From Myxococcota bacterium (GTDB lineage: Bacteria > Myxococcota_A > SURF-8): a stretch of 64,000 nt of DNA. A program made the translations under genes and the position numbers. The notes below the pieces were generated by a model that saw only the letters and a program-made list of their open reading frames with translations, made no database searches and was not told the DNA's origin. Shown in pieces: positions 50,200 through 60,543 of the stretch (within the stretch, counting starts at the first letter, position 1; every line of letters begins with the position of its first letter). The stretch covers positions 4,000,001 through 4,064,000 of the forward strand of contig OZ223209.1 in assembly GCA_965140415.1 (NCBI GenBank), written 5' to 3'.

Positions 50200-53100
50200 T
50201 CACATTGCCCGCTCAAGCTTTTCGCCTGGATAGCAGACCCGCAAGTACGGGCAGCCCTCGCGCTGACAAAGCGCCTGTGGCTCCATCGGCCAAAGATCGA
50301 AGCTGGTTTGCGATTTCTCTTTAAGATCGAGCAGCAGGGTTTCAAGGTGTTTCAATTCGCTCCGTAAGGTTTCGGAAGCGACATCCACCCCACGCCAGGG
50401 ATTCTCATCGAGAATGTAGGCCACCGCCGCCCGACAGCGCTCCGGCTTCAGATTCGGAATCAACCCGTTGACGACCATGGCGTAAAGCTGAATCTGCAAG
50501 CGCGCCATTTCGTGACGCCGGGAGCTATAGGAAGCCAGTTTGTAGTCGATCAGCAGATAGCCCCCCTGCCCGTCCAGGCATAATGCATCGATGCGCCCTT
50601 TCAGCCGCAAGCGATAGCCTCCGGGAGTCTCCAACTGGGAGACAAAGGGTAATTCCGCTTGAATCTGCTTTTTATTGAACTTGGCATCGGAGGGAAAACG
50701 TCCGCAGCGTTGCAGATAGGTGAAAAGTTCCTTGGCCCAGGCGGATTGCGGGTCCAGGCCATAGTCAAGCAGCAACGCTTCCCATTGCTCCCATTTCGCC
50801 TGCTCCTCCGAAAATCGTTCGAAATAGCGATGTACAAGCAAACCGCGCTGCAATGCATCCGGTGGATCTTGCAGCGCCAGCAGTTCGTCGGGTTGGGGCT
50901 GTGACCACAACAAGGTGGAACGGTTGAGCAATTGCCGCAGATGAAAGCGCCGCTCGCAGGATTCCAGTTCCTTCAACAGCGAAACACTGAAGGTGCCCAG
51001 ACTCGCTCCCCTCCGTTCGACCGGCTGCATCGTTTGCGCCAGTCGTTGCAACTCGGACCAGTCATGAGAATGGATTTGAGTGCTTGAATCTGTTTCCGTT
51101 TCCATGTCCTGTGTCGGAAATTCCCGGGTTTGGGGAGTATCCAAGATCGTCAACGGGATATCCGGCTCCACCTGCTGAACGTGGGACATCACCCAATCGA
51201 ACCAGCTCATCTTCTCCAACTCTTTCTTGGCTGATTTTTTTGGATCGTAATAGCCTGTTAAAATCAGATGATCTTTGGCGCGCGTCATGGCGACGTAAAG
51301 CAGGCGTTGATATTCCGACAACTCCTCCTGCCGGTCTTTTGCTTTCAACTCCTGCGAATCGGCGGTATCGTAGGCGACCTGTTCGGAGGGATCGATCAGT
51401 TTCATTCCCACGCGCACCCCCTGACCGATGAAGATCTGCCCCTGCCGCCCCTGAAAGCGCTGATCCAGATCGGGCAGCGCCACCACGGGAAATTCCAAGC
51501 CTTTGGATTGATGAATGGTCATCAGCCGCACCGCGCCCAGATCCGAACAACTTACGCCTTCGCCTTCGCGCACGGCGATTCGAACCAGATCCTTTACGCG
51601 GGCCAGCAGGGCTTCCACATCGAAACCGGGTTGGGATCGCTCCCAGCCCCGCACCAATCTCAAAAACTTTTCGACATTCCCCGAGCGCCGGTTTCCTTCT
51701 TCTCCCTGCCCGGCTATGATCAGCAGATCCCCTTGATACAGGATTTCTTCGATCAGTTCCGATACCGGCAATAACGGCATGCGCCTGCGTAGCGTTTCAC
51801 AAAGCTCTACGAAGTTGCATAAGCGCTTTTGCTCCGCTTCGTCCTCTGTTTCCTGCTCGGCAATGACTTGCCACTGCGACAAAACGAAGTTCTGCGCCAA
51901 CCAGCGTTCATCGGGTAAGGCAAGCAATTTCGTCAAGGTGATGTCGGAAAGCAAGGCCGCCGGAGAACGCAGCACCGCGACGCGTGCCGAGGAATCGGCA
52001 GGTTGCAACAGAAAACGCAGCAGGTTGCAGAGATCGACGATTTCGGGACGCTGATACAAGCCCCCGCTTTGACTGATCACATAAGGCACGCCCGCTTCCC
52101 GTAAAGCCTGCTCATAGAGACCGGCATGGGTCATGCGGCGCAGCAGAATCGCCATATCGCCATAACCGGCATTGCGTTTCAAGCCACCGCTTTTCACGAT
52201 GCTCAAAGGCTCATCCAATGTAGCAATCGCCTTAAGACGAGCGGCAATCGTTCGCGCTTCGATACTGCGGCGTTCGTGCATCGAGTCGCCGTGCTGAATG
52301 CTGATCACTTCCACCGGTGCCGAGCTTGCCGCGCTTTCTCCCAGACCGGGTCTCAGGTTGTCGCCCTGGCCGTAATTGACGGCATACGGATCGTCATCGG
52401 AGCCGCTCATCATGCGTTCGAAAAAGCGATTGAAAAAGCCGAGCAGGCCACTTTGCGAGCGGAAGTTGTCGTCGAAAGTCAAACGCTGCGCGCCGGTTTC
52501 GGTTTTCTGCCAGTCGTTTTCCAGTTCCCGAAAAACGGCGACATCCGCCCCGCGAAACCGATAGATGGACTGTTTACGGTCACCCACGAACAGAAAACGG
52601 GTCGGCGGAAGGTTCATGGTTTTGCAGACCGCCTCATCGCGCCGAATCAGTTCCAGCAGACGTTTTTGAATCCGGTTGGTATCCTGAAATTCATCCACCA
52701 GGACCACATGAAAACGGGCCTGCAATTCCCTGCGAATGTCGGTCCGATCCTGTAACAGTCGAATCGCCAGCCGTTGCAGATCGTCGAAGTCCAGGCGATT
52801 GGCCTGGCGTTTGGCTCGTTCGAAACGAGTTGCAACGGCTGAAGCCAGTTTACGCAAAGCCGCCACATCCGGCAGCGCGGCATACTGGCAGTACAACGCC
52901 TTTGCACGTTCCATATGCGCGACCAAAGGAGCACGCATCGGTTGAACGGCTTTGGCCCAGTTTTTAAAGACCACGAACAGGCTTCGCCAGTCGTTGAAAA
53001 AGCGCAGCGCCTCCCCAATGGGAATTTTCGCCAGCGATACCTGCTGGAAATCATCCAGCTTCAAGCGATGCTCCAACAGGCTGTCGATTCCGGCGCGGGT

Positions 53101-53766
53101 TTTCTCCGTCAGCTTCGTTTGCTCGGCGCTCTGCTGTAAGCGCTCCAGCAGATTTCGATACGACTGCAACTCGGCATGCAGCAGTTCCGTCAATCGCTCG
53201 CGTTCGGAAGGCACATCCAATGGTTCGACCGGTGCGCCATGTGAGGAGCGGATGATCGCCCGTGTCGACTCACTCAATTGAACAAAGCCATAGTTGACCA
53301 GCAAGCGGCGCAGATCGGGCAGCGGGTCACTCAGATGGCGAGTGAGTTCCTCGTTTGCCGCGCGTTCTAAAAGCCGCTCGCGCTCCAATTCGTCCGCCAG
53401 GGCGAAGTCGGGAGAAACGCCCGCTTCGAAGGCGTAACTTCGCAGCAGACGACCGCAAAAGCCATGAAAGGTATGGATGTACGCATCGTACAGGTGCTCG
53501 TCTGCGTCGCCGCTTCCATCGGACTCCCGCGCGGCCAGTTCTTCGGAAACCTTTTCGCGCAACTGACGAGCCGCTTTATTCGTGAAGGTGATGGCCAGAA
53601 TGTTTCCAACCGTCACCGGCTTGGGATAGGACGTGCTGCCTTCCAATAGCCGCAGGAAAAGCTCAACCAGCGCGGTGGTTTTTCCCGTACCAGCCGAAGC
53701 CGATACTAAAATATCCGTTTCGAAACGGAAAAGTTCTTCTTTCTGCTCGGACCAGAGAAAAGCCAT
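50200..53766 (-). CDS. AddA/UvrD-type ATP-dependent helicase-nuclease
   Basis: ASAGTGKT, ITFTNKAA, VDEFQDTN, VGDRKQSIYRFRGAD, TIHQSKGLEF, YVAMTRA; nuclease GRID..IDYK. Confidence 0.92.
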   Translation of the reverse strand: MAFLWSEQKEELFRFETDILVSASAGTGKTTALVELFLRLLEGSTSYPKPVTVGNILAITFTNKAARQLREKVSEELAARESDGSGDADEHLYDAYIHTFHGFCGRLLRSYAFEAGVSPDFALADELERERLLERAANEELTRHLSDPLPDLRRLLVNYGFVQLSESTRAIIRSSHGAPVEPLDVPSERERLTELLHAELQSYRNLLERLQQSAEQTKLTEKTRAGIDSLLEHRLKLDDFQQVSLAKIPIGEALRFFNDWRSLFVVFKNWAKAVQPMRAPLVAHMERAKALYCQYAALPDVAALRKLASAVATRFERAKRQANRLDFDDLQRLAIRLLQDRTDIRRELQARFHVVLVDEFQDTNRIQKRLLELIRRDEAVCKTMNLPPTRFLFVGDRKQSIYRFRGADVAVFRELENDWQKTETGAQRLTFDDNFRSQSGLLGFFNRFFERMMSGSDDDPYAVNYGQGDNLRPGLGESAASSAPVEVISIQHGDSMHERRSIEARTIAARLKAIATLDEPLSIVKSGGLKRNAGYGDMAILLRRMTHAGLYEQALREAGVPYVISQSGGLYQRPEIVDLCNLLRFLLQPADSSARVAVLRSPAALLSDITLTKLLALPDERWLAQNFVLSQWQVIAEQETEDEAEQKRLCNFVELCETLRRRMPLLPVSELIEEILYQGDLLIIAGQGEEGNRRSGNVEKFLRLVRGWERSQPGFDVEALLARVKDLVRIAVREGEGVSCSDLGAVRLMTIHQSKGLEFPVVALPDLDQRFQGRQGQIFIGQGVRVGMKLIDPSEQVAYDTADSQELKAKDRQEELSEYQRLLYVAMTRAKDHLILTGYYDPKKSAKKELEKMSWFDWVMSHVQQVEPDIPLTILDTPQTREFPTQDMETETDSSTQIHSHDWSELQRLAQTMQPVERRGASLGTFSVSLLKELESCERRFHLRQLLNRSTLLWSQPQPDELLALQDPPDALQRGLLVHRYFERFSEEQAKWEQWEALLLDYGLDPQSAWAKELFTYLQRCGRFPSDAKFNKKQIQAELPFVSQLETPGGYRLRLKGRIDALCLDGQGGYLLIDYKLASYSSRRHEMARLQIQLYAMVVNGLIPNLKPERCRAAVAYILDENPWRGVDVASETLRSELKHLETLLLDLKEKSQTSFDLWPMEPQALCQREGCPYLRVCYPGEKLERAM

Positions 53767-53824
53767 GACAATCCCCAAACTGCAATGCCGACGAGAAGAA
53801 AAGGAACGGAAGACGCCTGGAAGT

Positions 53825-53855
53825 AAAAAGGCCCGGAAATCAGCTTCCGGGCCTT
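53825..53855 (-). terminator. Intrinsic terminator
   Basis: Minus strand GGCCCGGAA-loop-TTCCGGGCC-TTTTT. Confidence 0.75.
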
Positions 53856-53874
53856 GATCGTTATCGATGAAGCG

Positions 53875-55317
53875 CTATTTCCAGATCGGCGATGGCTTCA
53901 AGGTTACTTTGTTGTGTTCGATGCGAACATTGAAAACCACGCGTTTGCATCCATGCCTTGCGACCAGTTTCTGCTCGGTGCGCTCAAGCTTGGCGATCAG
54001 TTTGTCTTTGGTGATCATCGAGACATCCTCGCCCACCTGCTGCTTGGCCTGGACGAATTCCTTGAAGATGCGCTCGTAGTATTGATCCTCCGATTCGGCT
54101 CCCGAATCCGCCGCTTCGGATTGATCGCCTTCGTCCATGGTTTCGATAAGCATACTGCCCTTATCCGCCGCCTTGGGTTTGGCGCTGTCCAATACGCCGC
54201 GTACGGTCGCCCGCTCGGCTTCCTCTTCATCCTCTGGAATATACTTCCCGATCAGGATGGCAATCATCAGGTTAAGCGTCTGTCCAACCTGATTCAGGAA
54301 CAGGTCGTCGCTGGAGAACTGGTAATCCTTGTTTCCAACGATAATCTGATGCGCGCCTTCCAGCACGAAGTCGACGGTGTCGTAGGCCTTCTGAATGATG
54401 ACGAAACTGCCGGAGATCCCCAGCATGATCAACAGGATCGTGAAGATCAGCAGGAATTTGCGAGCGCCGAAGAATTCATCGAGCCAATGCGTTTCCGAGC
54501 GCAGCAACATGAATCCGACCAAACCCTGCCCCGGCACCGTGGCGATGGGCGACAGAATCACCAGGTAGTCTTCGTCTACCAGTTCCAGCTTTTCTTCGAA
54601 GTAGTCATTTTTCGACAACAACACCTGGGCGATTTTGCTGCCGTTCTGCTGCACGAATTTGTGCAGGGCAACATGCCGAGCGCTGCTTAGCGAACTGACG
54701 ATCACGCGATCCTTGCTGAAGAAAGCCAGTTCTCCCATCGCGATGGAACGTTCCTGCTTGATCAGGTCTTCATCGAATGAATTGGCAGAGATCATGGCGC
54801 CGATGACTTTGTCTTCCTTCACGACAGGAACGACATCGACCATCATGATTTTGTTTTCGAACATCCAGATATCTTCGCCCGGAGTTCCAGCCAACGCTGC
54901 CTTGACAACCGGAAAATCTCCGTAGCGGTTTTTACGCCATTTCGCAACCAGGGTGCGTCCCAGTTCCACGCCCTCGGCGTCCACCACCACGAATTGATCG
55001 GCAAAATATTTCAGCCGCGAGAGAACTTCCAGTTTCTCGAACAGCTTGAAATGCCTCTCTTCTGCCTGCTCGGGAGTTTCCGCGGGCATGGCAACCGTGT
55101 TGACGACTTCCGGCTCTTTGGCAAATTGCCGAACGATATCAAGCCGTTGTTCGCGAGTCGCTCGCTGGCCGTTCACGTAAGTGGTGTAACCGTGAATCAG
55201 GCTTTGTTCCAGTTTGTTCTGCGAATCGGCCTCTAGTGTGCCCACGATATAAAAGTGGGTCAACAGTGCAAAGACCAACAGGACTCCACAAATCAGCAAT
55301 CCAAGTTTCAAGCGCAT
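53875..55317 (-). CDS. Membrane protein with Cache-like periplasmic domain and MXAN_5187-type C-terminal domain
   Basis: TM-periplasmic-TM-HAMP-like; C-terminus FKEFVQAK...LVARHGCKRVVFNVRIEHNKVTLKP. Confidence 0.7.
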   Translation of the reverse strand: MRLKLGLLICGVLLVFALLTHFYIVGTLEADSQNKLEQSLIHGYTTYVNGQRATREQRLDIVRQFAKEPEVVNTVAMPAETPEQAEERHFKLFEKLEVLSRLKYFADQFVVVDAEGVELGRTLVAKWRKNRYGDFPVVKAALAGTPGEDIWMFENKIMMVDVVPVVKEDKVIGAMISANSFDEDLIKQERSIAMGELAFFSKDRVIVSSLSSARHVALHKFVQQNGSKIAQVLLSKNDYFEEKLELVDEDYLVILSPIATVPGQGLVGFMLLRSETHWLDEFFGARKFLLIFTILLIMLGISGSFVIIQKAYDTVDFVLEGAHQIIVGNKDYQFSSDDLFLNQVGQTLNLMIAILIGKYIPEDEEEAERATVRGVLDSAKPKAADKGSMLIETMDEGDQSEAADSGAESEDQYYERIFKEFVQAKQQVGEDVSMITKDKLIAKLERTEQKLVARHGCKRVVFNVRIEHNKVTLKPSPIWK

Positions 55318-55445
55318 GGCCGCCCCTATTTGTCGTTAGGATTTCGTTTTTTTTTGCACCAAAGCGGTGGTCGGAACCCTCCGAACCGCCCTCCAAGAAA
55401 AACCGTTTGGAGGTATTGTACCCGTTTTCCCCAACTTTTCAAGCT

Positions 55446-56147
55446 TTATTCCGCCTGAACGTCATAGCCTTCATTTCGCAGGCGATTCAGCACCTGACGA
55501 CGAATCCTCTCATTTTTAAATGGTCCAATGACCACCCGGTAGATTTTTCCTGACGTTTCGATTTGAATGGTGCGAAAACGACCTTGAAGAAAACTGCGAA
55601 TGCGCTCCGCCTTCCATTGCGCATCGTACTCGCCGATCACCAGGCGACTACCCGCGTAGCAGGGCGTCTCGTGTTGCTCGGATTGAATCGTTTCGCCCCT
55701 CTCTCCATTGGATAGAATGACCGCCCGCACGCGCGCCGTGCCTTGCGACACATAACCCAGTTTCTTTGCCGCGCCATAGGACAAATCCAGAATTCTTCCT
55801 TTTACGAAGGGACCGCGATCGTTGACGCGCACGACTACCTGACGTTGATTGTCCAGGTTTGTGATTTGCAGCCGTGTGCCCAGGGGCAAACTGCGATGCG
55901 CAGCGCTTAATCCATACATATCGTATACTTCGCCGCTAGCCGTTTTTCGTCCGTGAAAGGGTTTGCCGTACCAGGAAGCAACGCCGGTAAAGGAGCGAGT
56001 GTCACTATTTTCAGGCCGCTGTTGAAAGGAATGATTGCCGCTTGCGCAACCGATTGTCAGCAACGCGGATAGCGAACATACAAGCATGGCCATTAATAGT
56101 CGAGTGGCGAAAATCATCGCGCGTCCTTTTCCGATAATTCTTGTCAT
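55446..56147 (-). CDS. rlpA: Septal ring lytic transglycosylase RlpA family lipoprotein with SPOR-like domain (start uncertain)
   Basis: GVASWYG..FHGRKTASGE, AAHRSLP, VRVNDRGPF, DLS. Confidence 0.92.
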   Translation of the reverse strand: MTRIIGKGRAMIFATRLLMAMLVCSLSALLTIGCASGNHSFQQRPENSDTRSFTGVASWYGKPFHGRKTASGEVYDMYGLSAAHRSLPLGTRLQITNLDNQRQVVVRVNDRGPFVKGRILDLSYGAAKKLGYVSQGTARVRAVILSNGERGETIQSEQHETPCYAGSRLVIGEYDAQWKAERIRSFLQGRFRTIQIETSGKIYRVVIGPFKNERIRRQVLNRLRNEGYDVQAE

Positions 56148-56390
56148 CTATCCGGCAGACAATTTTGAAAAGTGCCGCCACTTCGTGTAAAACCGGGGCG
56201 CAACAACGTGACAATCCCAGAAACTGGCACACGAAGGGACGCAAACCGCACTAAAGCTACACTAAATGACCGTAGATGACCACTTGGATTTTCACATCGC
56301 GTGTAAAAACCGGTCAAAGCACTGACCCACATTCCTATTTGCCCATTTGCTTGGCAAATCAGGCTTTTTTACTGTGTGTCACCGGTTCGT

Positions 56391-56425
56391 TGTGGTGGGT
56401 TGTGGTAGGTTGTGGGTTGTTGTGA
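56391..56425 (+). repeat. 10-bp-periodic TGTGG direct repeats
   Basis: tgtggtgggt/tgtggtaggt/tgtgggttgt/tgtga. Confidence 0.75.
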
Positions 56426-56434
56426 ATAAGTATA

Positions 56435-56780
56435 GTAGGTCGGTCAGATTTTCTGACCGACAAAAACAAAAAACTATTCTCCCGCAACATCATCATCTGC
56501 TGGCACTCTCTCTGTACCATAATATCCCATTCGCATGTACTTATGAAAGGTTGACGTTCACAACCAAACTCACACTGCCCAAATGATGGGTTATGAAGCG
56601 GTAGCTCGTTCCGTCTTTTACCATGTAATCGGGGACATGACCCTTGGTGCCGTAGACAAAAATGTCGTGCAAGAAATTTGCACGACCTACTCAACTTAGA
56701 TCCTTCATATGAGGATTGTATCATTTGTGGCAATTGAACATCAAGAGCAAAACGTCGGACAAAAAATTTGTCCGACCTAC
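56435..56780. repeat. Cluster of three 28-bp GTAG-REP variants (56435-56462 +, 56663-56690 -, 56753-56780 -)
   Basis: Each is GTAG plus a 9-bp perfect arm starting GTCG, a 5-nt loop and the complementary arm. Confidence 0.85.
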
Positions 56781-56930
56781 CCGGCTGAACAAAGGGTGGC
56801 ACGTGGCCAAGCGGAGTGAAACGGAGCTTGCCCGTGTTCTTGTTTCCGCACATGGGCAAGCTACGCTTAGCCCATGCCACACATTCGTGTTTTCAACGTT
56901 CAGAGCTTGTCATTGCGCCATCGCCGCCTA

Positions 56931-58032
56931 TCATTTCGACAGCAGGTATTCGCGGATAAAGCGCTCCAGATCACCATCCAGCACGGCGTCGACGTTGCCG
57001 GTTTCGTAGTTGGTGCGATGGTCCTTGATCAAGCGATACGGAGCCAGCACGTAAGAGCGGATCTGGCTGCCGAAAGAGATGTCCTTCTTGTTCGCTTCGA
57101 CTTCGCGCTCTTCCTTGCGGCGTTTGTCCAGTTCGTATTCGTAAATTTTTGAACGCAGCAGCTTCATGGCGGTGTGACGATTTTTATGCTGGCTGCGCTC
57201 CGCCTGGCAAGCCACGACGATACCGGTAGGAAGGTGAGTCAGCCGCACCGCCGAATCGGTGGTATTGACGTGCTGACCGCCCGCTCCCGAGGAACGGTAG
57301 GTGTCGATGCGCAGATCCGTTTCGTTGATTTCGATATCGATGGATTCGTCGACTTCCGGGGTCACGAAAACCGAGGCAAAGGAAGTATGTCGACGTTTAT
57401 TGGCATCGAAGGGAGAAATGCGCACGAGCCGATGCACACCGGCCTCCGCCTTGAGATAGCCATAGGCAAAACGACCCGAAACGGTGAATACGGTGTTTTT
57501 GATACCGGCTTCTTCACCCGGCAGCAATTCCACGATTTCCGTTTGATACCCCTGTTTTTCCGCATATCGCAAATACATGCGCAGCAGCATGTCCGCCCAA
57601 TCCTGGCTTTCCGTACCGCCAGCCCCGGAATTGATGGAAACGATGGCGCCGTTCTCGTCGTTTTCACCGGAGAGCATGCGCTTCATTTCTTCTGCCGCCA
57701 GCATTTCCTCGAACTGCCCAACCTGTTCGGTCAGATCCGGAATCAGGCTATCTTCCTGTTCCTCCTCGATTAATTCGATCAGCGCCTGGATATCTTCCGC
57801 CTGTGTGAGCACGGTGGAGAAATCCTCGATTTCCAGTTCGAGGATCTTTTTTTCCTGCATCAACACTTTGCTCTTTTCCAAATCCGACCAGATCGCCTCA
57901 TCGGCCAGTTGCTTGTCGCATTCGGTCAGTTTCTGCTTTTTACCCTCTAAGTCAAAGATGGTCCTTCAACACATTCAACTTCTTACACAACTGTTGAAAG
58001 TGATATTTCTGCTCTGAAAGCTCCTTGGCCAT
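56931..58032 (-). CDS. prfB: Peptide chain release factor 2 with programmed +1 frameshift
   Basis: ATG 58032 with AGGAGG; codon 26 CTT-TGA-C (57957-57951); SPF and GGQ motifs. Confidence 0.97.
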
Positions 58033-58328
58033 CTTTTTTCCTCCTTACATAGTTCTTCTGACAGGCCGATTTGCCTGCCTTCGCTCCGGTCGGAATGGCA
58101 GCTCGATCACCAGGCAATCGAAACAGGACCATTTTGCCGTTGGCCGATGTGTAACATATTCTGGCCCGATCATTCAAATAAATTGACGAATACGTGCAAG
58201 ATGACTATAACTAATGGGGCGCAATAGTTCCAGCAGCATCAGGGATCGCGGCGCATTTTCTGATCTTTTCAACGTGGTTACGCGAGGCCGGTTCGTTCGG
58301 CTTTCCTAGGCGACAAGGGAACGGAAAT

Positions 58329-59399
58329 ATGGAAGAAAAAATTGCCGGCATTATGTTTGCGGATATCATGAACTCATCTGAGTACGCAAACGTGATGAGC
58401 ACTGCAAACTATCACAATTTCATTATTAAAAGCTTGCAGGCAATCTGTGCGGACGAGGCGGCCTACTTCCTCTCCACACACCCGCAATATCGGGGATTGC
58501 CGGAGTATTCCACCCGCGACCAGATGGCGGAAGAATACAATTGTCAGTTCCGCACGGTCGGCGACGAGATTCGCGTCTTTCTGCATTCCGGGGATGAATG
58601 GGCGGATACCAATCACCTGATGGAAATCGCCATTCGCCTGAAACTGCGCTGGCTGTTCTGTGAGTTCAATAAAACACGCATCAAACAAAACAAGCCCCCC
58701 GAGGAACTGGCCATCGGTATTCATACCGGCCCGGTGCTGATCGAAGAAAACAAGCCGGAAGGCTTTGCCATGAATGTGGGCAAGCGCATCGAAGGCGAAT
58801 GCCGCAACGGCGCGCTGTGCCGCATCCTGTTCCACGCCAACAGCGTCAACTACATTCAGTCCTATCAAAAGCGTCCGAACGCCGCCTTCTTCGTCGAACC
58901 TCATTTCAGCGACGTGTGGACCTTCACCGGTAAGGGCATCGCGCAGGAAATCCCGATTCGCGAACTGAAGTATTTCACCTTCCTGGGACAGTCGGAAGTG
59001 CTGCGCTTTTTGGATATCGATCCCAAGTACTTCATCAAGCATCTGTTTGCCGCATCGACACTGGCGCCATATCCCCATTTCATTTACAGTACGCTGCTTA
59101 GCGCTCTGCAAAAGCTGGGTATCGACGATTACACCTTCAATTATATCGAAGACCTTTGCACCAAGGTATACCAGTACCTGCGTTACGAAGACATTCTGGA
59201 TATGATCGTACAGGTGTACGAGTATCGCTACCGCAACAGTTTTAAAACCATGAGCACCAAGCAGAAAGTAGCGTTTTTGCAATCGTTCCATTCCTGGGCT
59301 GCCGAAAACGACTTCAAGTATCGCTACCTGGAAGAGGATATCCGTAAGGAACAGCACCGGCTCTCCACCTACTTCAAGCACCTGCCCACGAAAATCTAA
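58329..59399 (+). CDS. Class III nucleotide cyclase domain protein
   Basis: MFADIMNSS, VGDE, IGIHTGPV, N..KRIE, F.GKGI; helical C-terminal extension. Confidence 0.8.
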   Translation: MEEKIAGIMFADIMNSSEYANVMSTANYHNFIIKSLQAICADEAAYFLSTHPQYRGLPEYSTRDQMAEEYNCQFRTVGDEIRVFLHSGDEWADTNHLMEIAIRLKLRWLFCEFNKTRIKQNKPPEELAIGIHTGPVLIEENKPEGFAMNVGKRIEGECRNGALCRILFHANSVNYIQSYQKRPNAAFFVEPHFSDVWTFTGKGIAQEIPIRELKYFTFLGQSEVLRFLDIDPKYFIKHLFAASTLAPYPHFIYSTLLSALQKLGIDDYTFNYIEDLCTKVYQYLRYEDILDMIVQVYEYRYRNSFKTMSTKQKVAFLQSFHSWAAENDFKYRYLEEDIRKEQHRLSTYFKHLPTKI

Positions 59400-59435
59400 G
59401 TTCACCTGCGACCTTACAAGTCGCGCTCATAAAAT

Positions 59436-59466
59436 ACGGAAGGCCGGTTTCAAACCGGCCTTCCGT
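59436..59466. terminator. Perfect hairpin between convergent genes
   Basis: ACGGAAGGCCGGTTT-C-AAACCGGCCTTCCGT. Confidence 0.7.
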
Positions 59467-59492
59467 CGTTTCAAGGGATCTGCTTCCAACGA

Positions 59493-60236
59493 TTATGCGC
59501 CTTCCGTTACACAACTTTGTACGACGCATTCCTGGTAGATTGGCAGGCAGTAGTCCATCGTCTGCTGTTGGTCGCAGTCTTTTTCCACGAAGCAATCGAG
59601 GTAGTCGTTGACACACTGAGTCGCGCAGTCGTCGACAGACAGGGATGCCTTCGTTTCTTCCAGAATCTGATTCAACTGTTCTTCATCACCGCAGCCACCA
59701 TATTCGATTTTCTCCTGGAAGTAGATGTACCATTCCTCATAGAAACCGGTCTGGCCCTGCGTGTCCTGCAAGGCAAACATTAAAATGACGCTGGACCCGG
59801 CGAGATCGTCGTCTTCGGAAAAATTACCCATTAACGTGGCCGTTCCGGCCTCCTGATCCAACTGGTGCTCTACGACGAAGTGTTTGTCCGCTTCCACCCG
59901 TTCTTCCATTTCGTCGTCGAAGTCGTACGCCGCCGCCGTGACAATAGTCGTGGGCACGGTGGCCGCAGGCGCTTCCGAGTCGATGTAGAGCGTCACCGTG
60001 AACTGCGGCGACTGATCCAGGTAGGCTTGCGGAAAATTGACGGCGCTGATCTGCGGACCGGACTGGCTGCCCGCCGGGGCGCTTTCGCTTTTCAATTCCG
60101 AATCGTCGAACTCCAGATCTTCCAACAGTCGATTGGACAACTCCTTGGCAGTGAGCGAGGCGTCGCTGTCACTGCAAGCCGTTATACCAAAGCACAGAAT
60201 CAACAACCCGACAATCCCCCATTGAAGTCCCTTCAT
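59493..60236 (-). CDS. Hypothetical lipoprotein with Cys-rich C-terminus
   Basis: Lipobox ITAC, acidic, several C-terminal Cys. Confidence 0.8.
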   Translation of the reverse strand: MKGLQWGIVGLLILCFGITACSDSDASLTAKELSNRLLEDLEFDDSELKSESAPAGSQSGPQISAVNFPQAYLDQSPQFTVTLYIDSEAPAATVPTTIVTAAAYDFDDEMEERVEADKHFVVEHQLDQEAGTATLMGNFSEDDDLAGSSVILMFALQDTQGQTGFYEEWYIYFQEKIEYGGCGDEEQLNQILEETKASLSVDDCATQCVNDYLDCFVEKDCDQQQTMDYCLPIYQECVVQSCVTEGA

Positions 60237-60543
60237 GGTCCGTTCCTTTCCTAGCGTGTTATGGTGTTCACCCACTGTAAGCATACGAAACCCCGGGAAG
60301 GACTGTCAATATAATTGCGAAATTGAGTTTGTTCGGCTTCCACCCTTTTCACAATAATCCCACTTTCTTATCTATTCTTCTCACGAAACAGGCCATGATG
60401 CGTATTTGATTTCCCATCTTTCTCCTAATCCCGTATAATACTTGCAGATATTGATTTTGTGGGACAGTCGACCGCAAGGTTGGGAATGGATTCCTTCGGC
60501 GGAGTTTATCGAACCGACCGAAGACAGCCGGAGAAGAGGCACG

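Noticed and set aside
56215-56290. GGGACGCAAA motif suggesting a c-di-GMP-I riboswitch
   Set aside because: Wrong strand for rlpA, and the GCAAAC..GAAA P2 stem is missing
56359-56880. 173-aa minus-strand ORF between prfB and rlpA
   Set aside because: Runs through REP palindromes and repeats; composition not protein-like
58374-59405. 343-aa minus-strand ORF (and similar ones at 39911-40951 and 5156-5800)
   Set aside because: Antisense to genes with clear family motifs
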